From a virus: a stretch of DNA of 64,000 nt. This document shows, piece by piece, positions 21,301 to 30,311 of this stretch (positions within the stretch are counted from its first letter, which is position 1; each line of letters starts with the position of its first letter). Made by a program: the position numbers and the translations under genes. The stretch spans positions 7,165 to 71,164 of the IMG/VR virus record IMGVR_UViG_3300003177_000017. One strand, given 5' to 3'. The notes under the pieces were generated by a model that did not search any database, had not been told where the DNA came from, and saw only the letters and a list, made by a program, of their open reading frames with translations.

Positions 21301-21415
21301 AACAACAACAACAACCAATTTAGCAGGTGATATTACTTTTACAATTATACCAACTGCAACAGGGTTTAAAGTAGCATGGGCTATAAATTCAAATAAACTA
21401 ATAGGAGCCTTATAA
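18368..21415 (+). CDS. Large virion/receptor-binding protein (lectin-like beta-sandwich and beta-helix-like segments)
   Basis: 1015 aa; YVNGVLQG and FLNGVEQ LamG-like motifs; Asn-rich INSV/INSI ladder near C-terminus. Confidence 0.55.
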   Translation: MTTFYNEALPDIDWTNPNTNNLVGLFYFDGTNVVEVLTGTVGTGTPVASGDGFVGEATFNISDLGFNFNDTVTPITVLVVGNMLQTTNGQENTPLKLSNSVTTILHDQNPWFIDRPPTFSANYDTAVADDFFVASEDTNSLGVIIRRTNPNNYVCSFYLNNRIGVQSVPTLQLSDTSDLTQLVFGDTVQKNNILVVFKGAIPVAQLDAIDADPYQLFQTKQDVQQEYGLVFPNEAFPTTAQITYTEIPLGASWSIDTDLFCTAGFNIVAGGNTTNRFLRIDCTVGSNSAMLARINSGFVRTIPLLSDFTNQRIDFKITLSLGGILTVYVNGVLQGSVTNAADVSLPIDRVNDYGGINSTAIMTIYKQIIIDNINPANSRLWNFNKTFGDTATDELNGAIATLNGFPVDSGYVRGANGLIEGYQFDGAGITAAITSITNPVPVGSSLTFTGTWENLNNTFQMFVNIYTTDFFSINAAGNLQTRISYNLMTSSTTLVSGAVFTFRIERTATQYIVFLNGVEQYRHNEIVDLSPMNGFSNITYKFKGQMQSCIINDGIADTYNWDGTTGDQAKIVETQSGNHAFITNDSVVKWQPILVKDVFTVGDYTDAGAFAGARQNSLGVQEYLFSGTQALAATIRINNSSADQLLFRGIGGNFNGDINQADVARLTRTVSNNSVVDLRIGNFKFENLIIDAGTELLGQYNNHNFEVENCGLLGWVYLTDATRHFKMTNSVLHTPLSNNPAILTYSPNTSVINSVVIHDGYTGWDYGALRARGGVGNINVINSIINSVGKSTEDDSTVVGITGNNNILSTNEATALAIGTQDVNLNTYFTNPATNDYTINTTGQTALKTKGWNGTDIVGWAYASAVAISLAISGTVSPSSTEVDIVNGGKTLVLTLTGDTWQPAGTAFDAQRQAIINGLVSAQSEITGWNNEVKGKELVTSVVRTSNTIVTITLSAAVSYNITNTETITTTIPASALTTTTTTNLAGDITFTIIPTATGFKVAWAINSNKLIGAL

Positions 21416-22473
21416 TGGCATTTAAAAAGAATACTGCTGTAACTGGACTAACTATTGGTTTAGTAAGTGCTACGAACGGCTCAGCGGTAACAACAGGTAC
21501 ACCCGTTGGCTATGTCACAATAGATGGTGGAACACAAACTGCTATCGCTGATGTTACCCCAGTACATGAAGGAAATGGACAATATTCATTTAATCTAACT
21601 GCTGCGGAAACCAACGGTAATATTATCGGATTAACATTTATTGACTCAGCATCACTTCCTGTTTATTATACAATAAAAACAGAAACTAAACTAACATCCG
21701 ACTTGTTAGATTTTAACGCAGCACTCGATACAGTAGCGAGTGTTACGTTAGTTGGTACTTGTACATCTAATACAGATATGCGTGGAACAACTGGTGCTAA
21801 CACAATAGCACCAGATAACAATTCAATTACCGCTATTTTAGCTGATACTAATGAGTTACAGCTAAACCAAGGCAATTGGACGACAGCAACTGGGTTCAGT
21901 ACATTTAATCCAGCACTCGATACAGTAGCAACAGTTACTAATTTAACTAATCTTCCATCTATTCCAGTGAATTGGATCACTTCAACGGGTATAGCCGCAG
22001 CAGCATTAAATGGTAAAGGCAACTGGAACTTAGGTAAAACTGGGTATTCAATTCAAGGTACTAAAACAACTTTAGACTCATTATCTGATCTAACTGCTGC
22101 TCAAATTTGGGAGCATGATGTTAGTACAACAACAGCAGGGATAAACAAAGCTGGTAATGTAGTTCAAACTATTGCTACAGATACCACAACTGATATTCCG
22201 GCACTAATTTCTGCATTGAATAATTTGTCATCTACACAAATAAAAGCAGCGGTATTATTAGCTCTACAAGATCCAACAACAGAGCCAACAACAATACCTG
22301 CTGCTACTGCATCTATAATAGATAAACTTAGTTATTTGTTTGCATATCGTGGTAATAAAATAAATCAAACTGCGACAGCACAAACATTAAGAAATCGTAC
22401 AGATACATTAAATATATCTTCTGCTGTAGTTAGCTCAGATGGAACAACTACATCAAGAGGAACACATGCCTAA
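21415..22473 (+). CDS. Putative virion structural protein
   Basis: 352 aa Thr/Ala-rich; GNGQY...LTAAE motif; internal DTVA repeat. Confidence 0.55.
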   Translation: MAFKKNTAVTGLTIGLVSATNGSAVTTGTPVGYVTIDGGTQTAIADVTPVHEGNGQYSFNLTAAETNGNIIGLTFIDSASLPVYYTIKTETKLTSDLLDFNAALDTVASVTLVGTCTSNTDMRGTTGANTIAPDNNSITAILADTNELQLNQGNWTTATGFSTFNPALDTVATVTNLTNLPSIPVNWITSTGIAAAALNGKGNWNLGKTGYSIQGTKTTLDSLSDLTAAQIWEHDVSTTTAGINKAGNVVQTIATDTTTDIPALISALNNLSSTQIKAAVLLALQDPTTEPTTIPAATASIIDKLSYLFAYRGNKINQTATAQTLRNRTDTLNISSAVVSSDGTTTSRGTHA

Positions 22474-23204
22474 TGATAACTACAGATAATGATAGACTAA
22501 GCATCATGGGGTTATACCCTATTACTGCTAGTTTCTCTGCTGCTGATGTACAGCAATTTATACTTTATAGAGATCCATTGGTGGTCATTATAGGCGGTAG
22601 GTCGGTCATTTCTAATGTTACTGGTAATGGATTATTAACATCTACTTTCGATATACATAAATTACTATTATCTGCTATATCTGGGAATGGATTATTACCT
22701 ACAGCTTTAACAACATCACGTATTCTAAGCTCTGTAATAAACGCTGGTGGAACTTTAATAACTCAGATGCAGAAAGCTATTCCTCAGACATCAAACGTTA
22801 AGGGAAATGGTTTACAGGCTACATTAATAGCTAAACAAATGCAGCAAACAACAATAATAAAAGGAAATGGATCATTAACATCCACTTTCGATATTATGAA
22901 AACTGCTTTAAGTTCAGTTAGTGGAAATACCTCTGGTGTTCTTGTTAACATAGAAAAATCTACAGCATTTGTTTCAACAGTTAAGGGAAATGGTTTATTA
23001 ATTGACTCTATTCTAGTCAATAAAGAATTACAAACAATAACAATTTCTGCTGGTGGTGTTGTAAAAACTATTTATATTCGAGATTTTAAAGATAATTCTA
23101 TTATATTTATAAACTTAGATGTTTTTGCTGAAGATACCCATGGGGTTTTCAATACATTATTAGGTCATACAGTTAAGGAGTTTACAGTTTATGGCAGTTT
23201 CTAG
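22473..23204 (+). CDS. Putative virion protein with (V/I).GNG.L repeats
   Basis: About 20-aa periodic repeats. Confidence 0.55.
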   Translation: MITTDNDRLSIMGLYPITASFSAADVQQFILYRDPLVVIIGGRSVISNVTGNGLLTSTFDIHKLLLSAISGNGLLPTALTTSRILSSVINAGGTLITQMQKAIPQTSNVKGNGLQATLIAKQMQQTTIIKGNGSLTSTFDIMKTALSSVSGNTSGVLVNIEKSTAFVSTVKGNGLLIDSILVNKELQTITISAGGVVKTIYIRDFKDNSIIFINLDVFAEDTHGVFNTLLGHTVKEFTVYGSF

Positions 23205-23544
23205 TCCTACCTCAATATCACATGGAAATTCATATAAATGGACTTTCAACATAAAACAACCAGATGGTAACATTAAAGATTTAACTGGTACTTTAAAGTT
23301 GAAATATCAAATAGCTAAAAGAGTCCAAAATTTACCTATAATTCAATACACATTAGTTGATCCAGAATTAAACATTTCTGATCCATTGTTAGGTAAAATA
23401 ACACTGGATCTAGCATCAACAACAATCAACACAATTCCAGCCGGTTCTTATTACCATGAAATATGGCAAGTGAATGCTTTAGGCGAACCGGTAACTTTAT
23501 TAGCTGAACGTCTTAACGTTGTTGATAAACTTATAGAATCATAA
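23191..23544 (+). CDS. BppU-like baseplate/adaptor domain protein
   Basis: G.S, DLTG, GKI, T......G.YY.E pattern. Confidence 0.55.
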   Translation: MAVSSPTSISHGNSYKWTFNIKQPDGNIKDLTGTLKLKYQIAKRVQNLPIIQYTLVDPELNISDPLLGKITLDLASTTINTIPAGSYYHEIWQVNALGEPVTLLAERLNVVDKLIES

Positions 23545-23571
23545 CAAAATAACAAATAACAAAGGATACTT

Positions 23572-23916
23572 ATGCCATACACAGTACAAGGCAAGAATAT
23601 AATGCTGAACGCTTTGGGCGTTACACACGTTTCATTACATACCGCAGCTCCAACCGATGCAGGACTAAATGAAGTGACAGGTGGCACGTATGCTAGACAA
23701 CCTATTGTATACGCCACATCAACTATTGGAATATTAGACGACAACGGATTGACATCACCAATCAACGTTCCAGCAGGTACAACAGTAGCCTATATAGGTT
23801 ATTGGAATGCTTTAACAGCAGGAACATTTTTAGGGTATGATGCAATTACCAATGAAGTTTATACTAACACAGGAACATTAAAAGTAACTGACTCTAAACT
23901 AGATCTCAACTTATAA
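23572..23916 (+). CDS. Small tail-fibre-associated structural protein
   Basis: SLHTA.P...NEV.GG.YARQ...W.A.T.G.F pattern. Confidence 0.6.
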   Translation: MPYTVQGKNIMLNALGVTHVSLHTAAPTDAGLNEVTGGTYARQPIVYATSTIGILDDNGLTSPINVPAGTTVAYIGYWNALTAGTFLGYDAITNEVYTNTGTLKVTDSKLDLNL

Positions 23917-23932
23917 GGATCAGATTGAAATA

Positions 23933-24148
23933 ATGGAATTTTTGATATTTATAGATAAAAAAATAAATGCGTTATTACTTGGTGACAAAAATGTCACTGT
24001 TTCAGGTAGAGTTGGCTTAGCTTCATTGGAAGGATCAATCGGAGCTAAATATATAGAGCGTATGATCAACTTCATATTTTGTGATAAAGATCATTGTTAT
24101 AACTCTATTGATTTAAACTATCAAACATTATCAATGAGGAAAAAATGA
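23933..24148 (+). CDS. Conserved phage hypothetical protein (paralog of 17388-17612)
   Basis: ID...N.LL.GD...TVSG.VG...IN.IF...HC. Confidence 0.65.
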   Translation: MEFLIFIDKKINALLLGDKNVTVSGRVGLASLEGSIGAKYIERMINFIFCDKDHCYNSIDLNYQTLSMRKK

Positions 24149-24591
24149 TGGGAATTCCAATTATAGGATCTTTGATAGATGGAGTGATAAATTACTTCAC
24201 TTTATCAAAAACAGCAAAAAATAAAATTCAATTAATTAAAGAACAATCAAAAATTGATGAAGTTAAAAGAGAACAAGAATTAAAACAATCAGAACACACT
24301 AATAAAATTAAACGATTAGCACAAAACGATTCAGTAGAAGCTAATTATGATCTTACCGCATTAAAACAATCAGCATTATCTTATATTGATGAAGTCATGA
24401 TCTTATGGGTGTTCACAATCATATCTTTATTATTTATTCCTAGTTTACAACATTATGCAGTAGACGGATTTATAGCTATGCAAAAATATGTACCGGTTTG
24501 GTTCCAAGTTGTATTTGTCGGATCATTTATATCTAAACTAGGATTAAGATTTTTGTTTTCAAAACGAACATTGTTCGGTAAAGTTGTATGA
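24145..24591 (+). CDS. Holin-like membrane protein
   Basis: Coiled coil then S.IDE and two TM segments with P.W; upstream of lysozyme. Confidence 0.6.
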   Translation: MMGIPIIGSLIDGVINYFTLSKTAKNKIQLIKEQSKIDEVKREQELKQSEHTNKIKRLAQNDSVEANYDLTALKQSALSYIDEVMILWVFTIISLLFIPSLQHYAVDGFIAMQKYVPVWFQVVFVGSFISKLGLRFLFSKRTLFGKVV

Positions 24592-24845
24592 CAAAAGATA
24601 TAATGCGGATACGTAGACATATAGCAATAACTTCTTTTGTCTGTATTATATTAACATTGTTTAGTGTACTACTAATGATATTTTTTGGAAACAAAGAGTT
24701 AGCAAATAATATGCTAAGTGCTACAGGAATAATATCACCTATAATTTTAGCACTTACCGGTATTATTGCTCAATATGCACATACGTCATCACAACACGAT
24801 AAAATTAAAATAAATCAAGGGGAAATACATGATAGAACAGAATGA
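24588..24845 (+). CDS. Two-TM holin-like protein
   Basis: Two hydrophobic helices with charged termini. Confidence 0.55.
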   Translation: MTKDIMRIRRHIAITSFVCIILTLFSVLLMIFFGNKELANNMLSATGIISPIILALTGIIAQYAHTSSQHDKIKINQGEIHDRTE

Positions 24846-25011
24846 AATTTATATTTATGAAAATGAACCAGTTAGAGTTACTCATTATGCACATCCTAAT
24901 GCAATTGCAGTAGTTACACTCAAAGGAAAAGGATGTCAAGTTAAAGATATTGATCTTTTTGAGATCAACCCAGATGATTATAAACCAAAATCATCTGTAA
25001 AGACGAAGTGA
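24829..25011 (+). CDS. Hypothetical protein
   Basis: 60-aa ORF with RBS, overlaps neighbours. Confidence 0.5.
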   Translation: MIEQNEIYIYENEPVRVTHYAHPNAIAVVTLKGKGCQVKDIDLFEINPDDYKPKSSVKTK

Positions 25012-25457
25012 TGTGTTGTAAAAGAAAATCTTTACCTTTATGTGTTAAAAATTTAGATATTATAAAAATATCAGAACATTTAGAATTAACTGCATATTAT
25101 GATATAGTCAATGTACTGACTATAGGATATGGATCAACATATAATGTAAAGGAAGATCAACACATCACTAAAGACGAAGCTGAAGATATGTTATTACGTG
25201 ATGTTAAAATACCAGTGAATTGTATTAATTCTGAGGTGTGTGTAAAATTATCTCAAAATGAATTTGATGCTTTGGTATCTTTAGTTTATAACATAGGGAT
25301 AGGAAATTTTAGAAACAGTACATTATTAAAATATCTTAACCTAGGTGAGTATAAAAAAGCTAGTAATGAATTTCCGAAGTGGCGCAAAGCTGGCGGAAAA
25401 ATAATTCCTGGATTAGAACTACGCAGAGAACAAGAAAAAAGATTATTTTTATCATAA
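25008..25457 (+). CDS. Endolysin, GH24 phage lysozyme
   Basis: E-x8-D-x5-T triad (EHLELTAYYDIVNVLTIGYG), FDALVS..YNIG, GL..RR..E. Confidence 0.93.
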   Translation: MMCCKRKSLPLCVKNLDIIKISEHLELTAYYDIVNVLTIGYGSTYNVKEDQHITKDEAEDMLLRDVKIPVNCINSEVCVKLSQNEFDALVSLVYNIGIGNFRNSTLLKYLNLGEYKKASNEFPKWRKAGGKIIPGLELRREQEKRLFLS

Positions 25458-25459
25458 TT

Positions 25460-25500
25460 AAAAAGCCCCGATAGCTAATATGCTATCGGGGCTTTTTTTT
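25460..25500. terminator. Bidirectional intrinsic terminator between convergent arms
   Basis: aaaaagccccgatagc-taatat-gctatcggggctttttttt. Confidence 0.92.
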
Positions 25501-25521
25501 CAATTAAGGTACTAAACGAGC

Positions 25522-25587
25522 ATTCTAAGAGGTTTTAATAACTAAGTCATGCAATGGCAACACTTTAAGATTAAAACCTCTTAGAAT
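25522..25587. repeat. 18-bp perfect inverted repeat, 30-nt spacer
   Basis: attctaagaggttttaat (25522-25539) / attaaaacctcttagaat (25570-25587). Confidence 0.85.
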
Positions 25588-26109
25588 TCGTGTTTATCCA
25601 ATTGTTAATAATTTTTTCTACATTATAAAATAATTTTTTCAAGGTAGAGTTATTATATAAATGCACAATTTCACAATCTGCTTCATAGAAATAATTCCTT
25701 GAATCATTATCAAAAGAACAATCATCTCTATATATTTGAATTACTAATACATGATCTGCCCCAATCTCATTAATAACTAATTGTAATTCTTCTTTAAATC
25801 CTCCATCTGATATAATATTGATCCCTTTTTCTAAAGAATTACATAACATTTTACCAAAATAATTTTTACCATACACAGGTTTAATTAATTTTTCTGAGGT
25901 GGTGATCTACCAAATAATTCCTCTGTACATACTTCTTTAAGCTCTCTTGTATATAATTCATTCCATCTTTCATCAGATATTTGAGCTACAGCTTTTGCTA
26001 TATCAAATAATGCAGTTTTAAATTCCTTATGATGATAATTTGAAAAATGCTCTGCAATTGCATCTTTACCTGAATTTGGCGGAGCATTAAGTACAACAGC
26101 AAATTTCAT
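25571..26109 (-). pseudogene. Deoxynucleoside monophosphate kinase, frameshifted
   Basis: P-loop NAPPNSGKD in 25885-26109; second frame SEKLIKPVYGKNYFG...IISDGGFKEE...FDNDSR; break at ~25895-25905. Confidence 0.8.
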
Positions 26110-26357
26110 TGTACTCTCCTACCAACAATATCCAATCCAGAATATAATATTTCGTAATACTCTTTATATACACCGTCTTTTGATATAAACAAATGAACTG
26201 CTTTACCGTTAGGAATATTTTGTTGTTGTACTAAATCACACATATAGTTTTTTGACCTAATTTTGAATATAAATTTACTTACATAAGAATCAAAATCACG
26301 CCAAAGATCTGGTTGATGTTGTTCTGGTTGTGTGAAGAAAGAACTTAAATCAGCCAT
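26106..26357 (-). CDS. Hypothetical protein
   Basis: 83-aa ORF with AGGAG RBS. Confidence 0.55.
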   Translation of the reverse strand: MADLSSFFTQPEQHQPDLWRDFDSYVSKFIFKIRSKNYMCDLVQQQNIPNGKAVHLFISKDGVYKEYYEILYSGLDIVGRRVQ

Positions 26358-26892
26358 TAGTTCTCCTTAATTTTGAAAACATTTTTAAGAATTCATTTTC
26401 TGCTTCTTTTGGTGTCCATAAGTATAAATTAACTCCTAAATGATCATACATATTAACCCAAGATAAATTTCCATGCAGTAAAACAGATTCGTCTTTTATT
26501 ATATTAGTATCACCATAATCAGCAACAGAAGAATGTACTAAATTAAATTTCTTCATAACTTGATCGGTGATTTGTTTTTCTAATTCTATGTATCCTTTTA
26601 GATGTGATTTTATAGGTCTAGGAATATCTACTAAATATGCTTCACTAGCATCGTGCATCAACGCATATAATGCTTGTGCAGGATCACTTGTTTGTAACAT
26701 AACATATTCTGATAATATAACACAATGCTCTGCAACCGAATAAAATTCTTTTACATGACCACTATACCGACATAAATTCGATAAAGCATGTGCAATATCG
26801 AATAAATCTATAGAATCAATACTAGGATCAAGAAAATTGAATTGCTTTCCAGTATAAGTTTGAATAAAGTTCATGTTGTTTATATTTTTCAT
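26350..26892 (-). CDS. HD-domain phosphohydrolase (YfbR-like 5'-deoxynucleotidase family)
   Basis: DIAHALS..CR..GH...FYSVAEH and LMHDASEAYL.DIP.P.K. Confidence 0.88.
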   Translation of the reverse strand: MKNINNMNFIQTYTGKQFNFLDPSIDSIDLFDIAHALSNLCRYSGHVKEFYSVAEHCVILSEYVMLQTSDPAQALYALMHDASEAYLVDIPRPIKSHLKGYIELEKQITDQVMKKFNLVHSSVADYGDTNIIKDESVLLHGNLSWVNMYDHLGVNLYLWTPKEAENEFLKMFSKLRRTNG

Positions 26893-27101
26893 GCTTCCTC
26901 ATTTAATTTTTGATCTATTAACATCATTAAGTTGTCTATAACAAAATCACCATTATTACCATCGAAATAAATAACATCATTCAGATCATCTGTGTTTTGT
27001 GATGAAAATGCTTCACCACAATAGAGACTCTCTCGATCTATAATATTTAATTTAACAAACAGATCATAACCTTTATATTTTTCATAACAGTATAATTCCA
27101 T
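26889..27101 (-). CDS. Hypothetical protein
   Basis: 70-aa ORF with RBS. Confidence 0.5.
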   Translation of the reverse strand: MELYCYEKYKGYDLFVKLNIIDRESLYCGEAFSSQNTDDLNDVIYFDGNNGDFVIDNLMMLIDQKLNEEA

Positions 27102-27109
27102 ACTAATCC

Positions 27110-28705
27110 TTATTTTTTGTATTTGCCATTTTTTATTTGAACAATAGCACGTTTACCATTTTTATAAGTTATAATGTTACTATGGCTCCATGAGCTATTC
27201 CCTATATTATATCCTTGATCTAGTTTACCAAGGACACCAGCATAGTATACTCCATCTAAAATGAATGCGCTATGACTATGCCCTAAATTCATTTTTAATC
27301 CAGATTTAATGAAAGATGTAATTGATCCCCTTGCTCCGTTATTTCCATGATCCCCATGACTTCCGAATTCAATATTAGAAATAACAAAAGATTCATCGGT
27401 TTTTAGAAATAATACTTCACTTAGATCATTAAACATATTACAACTGTATTCAAATATAGAGAAATCTTTTGAATTCCCTTCTCTTATATTTTTATAACTT
27501 TGTAGCTGTAATTCTAAAAACAATTCAGCATTGACAGGATCATACCTATAATCTGTAGTTTTTAACCATCGCTGTAATGCTAGATCATGATTAGATTCAA
27601 CAACAACAACTTGAGTATTTATTTCACTGAATTCATCAACTAAATCAGAAGTCATTTTAATTTCGTCTTTAACTGACTGTGTTTTATTACATAACATTTT
27701 GTATAAAAAATAGGGATCTTTTATATTATGATGATTTCTAGCTTGTTGGTCTAAAACATCATGTAAAAATACATAATGAGGAATTAACTCGTTAACCATA
27801 GAATTATCTGATCTCCATGATACATCAGCAGCAACAGGGTCTAATTTAGCTGCATGAATATCACCCAAGTTTAGACATAAAATTGTATCTGTAGTATATC
27901 CAGCAGACGTATAATATGTATCTAAATCATAAAAACTACCACTTTCAGTTTCAGCATTTAATTGTCTAGCAAACCATATTCCATCTGAATCAACCTCAAC
28001 GAGCAATGCAGCGTATATATGATTAAATGCTGCTATCTGTCCAGCTTTCTTTTGAATGTAGTTAGATAACGTTACACAGCCGGTAGAGTACATATTTTTA
28101 GTTTCTTTATATTTACTATTGGGTACAGGTTCTAACTGTACTTTAGCATGAGGAACGATCATAGAATTATGCCCTGTGTATGAACTCATTCCTGAAAATA
28201 CCCTTTTAGCAGTAGGTAAAATATTTAATTCCCCTGACCAAACTAAATCATCAGTAATTTGAATGCTACAATCTTGAATATAATTTCTAATTTTTGGATC
28301 AAACCATAAATCATGTTCCCCATCTTTAGTTAAATTTTGAAACCCTGATTTATTATATGTGAATGTTCCAACAATAATTTCAGCATCTTTATGTTCAGCA
28401 CAAACATTTAATGCTTTCCAAAATCTGTTATGAACGTGTGTATTATTTTGTGCTGAAGTGAATATAAATGTTTTCTTATCTGTAATATCAGAAATTTGAA
28501 CTCTTTTGGTTAATGGAGAATTGATAAATCCACTGGCGATAGGTTTATTATCTTGTTCTTCCCAAAATTCTTTATATGTTCTACGCCTTAAAAAATAATT
28601 TATAGTTGATTTTGAGCAATTATATTTTCTTGATATTTTTCTTGATGATAGGTTATCTTGTGTGGACAACCTTAATATTTCTACTAATTGATCTTCATTA
28701 AACAT
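27110..28705 (-). CDS. T5 A1-like nuclease (N-terminal HTH + metallophosphoesterase)
   Basis: TSAQNNT, YSTG..T..NYIQ.KAGQ, GDIH, HD..D, SNHD, HG..G.NG.RG, GHSHS, SSW motifs as recalled for T5 A1. Confidence 0.8.
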   Translation of the reverse strand: MFNEDQLVEILRLSTQDNLSSRKISRKYNCSKSTINYFLRRRTYKEFWEEQDNKPIASGFINSPLTKRVQISDITDKKTFIFTSAQNNTHVHNRFWKALNVCAEHKDAEIIVGTFTYNKSGFQNLTKDGEHDLWFDPKIRNYIQDCSIQITDDLVWSGELNILPTAKRVFSGMSSYTGHNSMIVPHAKVQLEPVPNSKYKETKNMYSTGCVTLSNYIQKKAGQIAAFNHIYAALLVEVDSDGIWFARQLNAETESGSFYDLDTYYTSAGYTTDTILCLNLGDIHAAKLDPVAADVSWRSDNSMVNELIPHYVFLHDVLDQQARNHHNIKDPYFLYKMLCNKTQSVKDEIKMTSDLVDEFSEINTQVVVVESNHDLALQRWLKTTDYRYDPVNAELFLELQLQSYKNIREGNSKDFSIFEYSCNMFNDLSEVLFLKTDESFVISNIEFGSHGDHGNNGARGSITSFIKSGLKMNLGHSHSAFILDGVYYAGVLGKLDQGYNIGNSSWSHSNIITYKNGKRAIVQIKNGKYKK

Positions 28706-28707
28706 AA

Positions 28708-28914
28708 TTATCCTTTAAAAAAATTAATTTCGTGTTCTAATGCTTTTGCTTTATTACATAAGTGATCATTAATATCTTCATCTGTAGCTGTTTGTATTAA
28801 AGATTTATCTGCCCTTACTGTAGTAAAAGAATTACCTAAATAGATAAATACTGATCCTATTTCTACTATTTTATAATAATTACCTAAATAATATACATTA
28901 TCATTTATCTTCAT
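28708..28914 (-). CDS. Hypothetical protein
   Basis: 68-aa coupled ORF. Confidence 0.5.
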   Translation of the reverse strand: MKINDNVYYLGNYYKIVEIGSVFIYLGNSFTTVRADKSLIQTATDEDINDHLCNKAKALEHEINFFKG

Positions 28915-30311
28915 ATTACCTCTCTTGATGCTTGTTCTTGTTGAATTAAAGTTTCTAACGAGTCTGCATGATCTTTGTCAAACCTAAATTCCACTAATCT
29001 AGGTAAAAACAAACTTTGATGTTGTTTATTTTCTGATGTTTCTCTTGAGTTATAACTTATTGTAGCAAAAGAAAATATATAATTATTAGCCCATTGCATG
29101 AATTCATCAGCAGTCATATTTTTTGATTTTTCTAACCCACGATCAGCATCACTTAACCCAGATCCAACATTACATTGGACTAAACCATCTGATGTTTTTA
29201 CATTAAATCCTCCAATACATCGCTCAAACTTAGTACCTTTCTTACCATAATACCAACCGGTTATCTGCAAATCACAAGGAAATTCCTCTTTAAATTTTAT
29301 CTGATCTGTTACTCGCTTATTTTTCCATAATGATGCAGGATCTTTAAGAATAGTTCCTTCTTCACCACGCAAGGTTAATTCTCTAAAATGTTCTTTAGCC
29401 TCAGTCAAATTATCTACCCATCTGCACTCGATAATTGAAATATATTCACTTTTAATTAAATCTAATAAGATAGTTAAGTCAGTCAACCTATTCAAATAAG
29501 CTCTGTTTTCCTTGGTTTTATTGAAATATATGTCTATATCAATAATATCCCATGTAATATATCTAACTCGTAATGCTTCTTCTTCGGTGATAGTGCCTTT
29601 AATTGATTTGTTAAGAATGCCATTACCTGTTTTTCTGGGTAAAATCTTATTATTTTCATCTACAACGACAAGTTCACCATCTAATACAAAATTAATACTT
29701 GGTTTAATTTCGTTAGTAATATGATCTAGGTTGTGAAATTTATTACCATTTCCAGAATGTAATGAAACTTCATCTTGTTTAATCACAGCTATACATCTCG
29801 CACCATCGGCTTTTAATGAACTGATTGCAGGAAAATTAATTTTTTTAATTTTTTTAAGATCATACGCTGAACATTTCATAACAGGGAACTTGGGTAAGAA
29901 ATCTTTTTGAACTTTTTGTATAGATTTAATGCTCAGACCACATTTTAAATTTCGTGCTAACACCATATCTACTAGATTTTTTTCCCATTGGGTTATTGCA
30001 CTATAGATCTGAATTAGATCTATATGATCTTTGTCGTCAGCAGATCCTTTAAAATCTAAACGGTCTAACAAAATAAGTGCATCTAATAAACTGTGATCTA
30101 CTGACTGATATGGGTCAGCAATTACCCCAGTGATATAAAATGACAACTTAGGATCTAATACTATACGACTAAAATCAATAAAATCATTATATAATAAATC
30201 ATCTGATTTTTTTAATTCTTGTAAATGTTCAATTTTTTTATTACCAGATAATGAATTTATTTGGTCTATAAAATTATAAAGTTTTCTTGTATCTGCATGT
30301 AAACAAAACAT
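28911..30311 (-). CDS. ATP-dependent DNA ligase (T4 gp30-like)
   Basis: KADGAR, LDGELV, EGTILK, VGSGLSD, LFLPR. Confidence 0.95.
   Translation of the reverse strand: MFCLHADTRKLYNFIDQINSLSGNKKIEHLQELKKSDDLLYNDFIDFSRIVLDPKLSFYITGVIADPYQSVDHSLLDALILLDRLDFKGSADDKDHIDLIQIYSAITQWEKNLVDMVLARNLKCGLSIKSIQKVQKDFLPKFPVMKCSAYDLKKIKKINFPAISSLKADGARCIAVIKQDEVSLHSGNGNKFHNLDHITNEIKPSINFVLDGELVVVDENNKILPRKTGNGILNKSIKGTITEEEALRVRYITWDIIDIDIYFNKTKENRAYLNRLTDLTILLDLIKSEYISIIECRWVDNLTEAKEHFRELTLRGEEGTILKDPASLWKNKRVTDQIKFKEEFPCDLQITGWYYGKKGTKFERCIGGFNVKTSDGLVQCNVGSGLSDADRGLEKSKNMTADEFMQWANNYIFSFATISYNSRETSENKQHQSLFLPRLVEFRFDKDHADSLETLIQQEQASREVI

Noticed and set aside
7117-21415. Diversity-generating retroelement acting on fibres
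   Set aside because: No reverse transcriptase in the window and no TR/VR pair differing only at adenines was seen.
2891-23765. Minus-strand ORFs inside structural genes
   Set aside because: Antisense shadows of long, well-supported genes with no recognisable motifs.
26350-26892. 2-aminoadenine (Z) genome pathway via DatZ-like HD protein and MazG-like proteins
   Set aside because: No purZ in the window, the polymerase is a T4-type family B enzyme, and adenine MTases are present; cannot be excluded outside the window.
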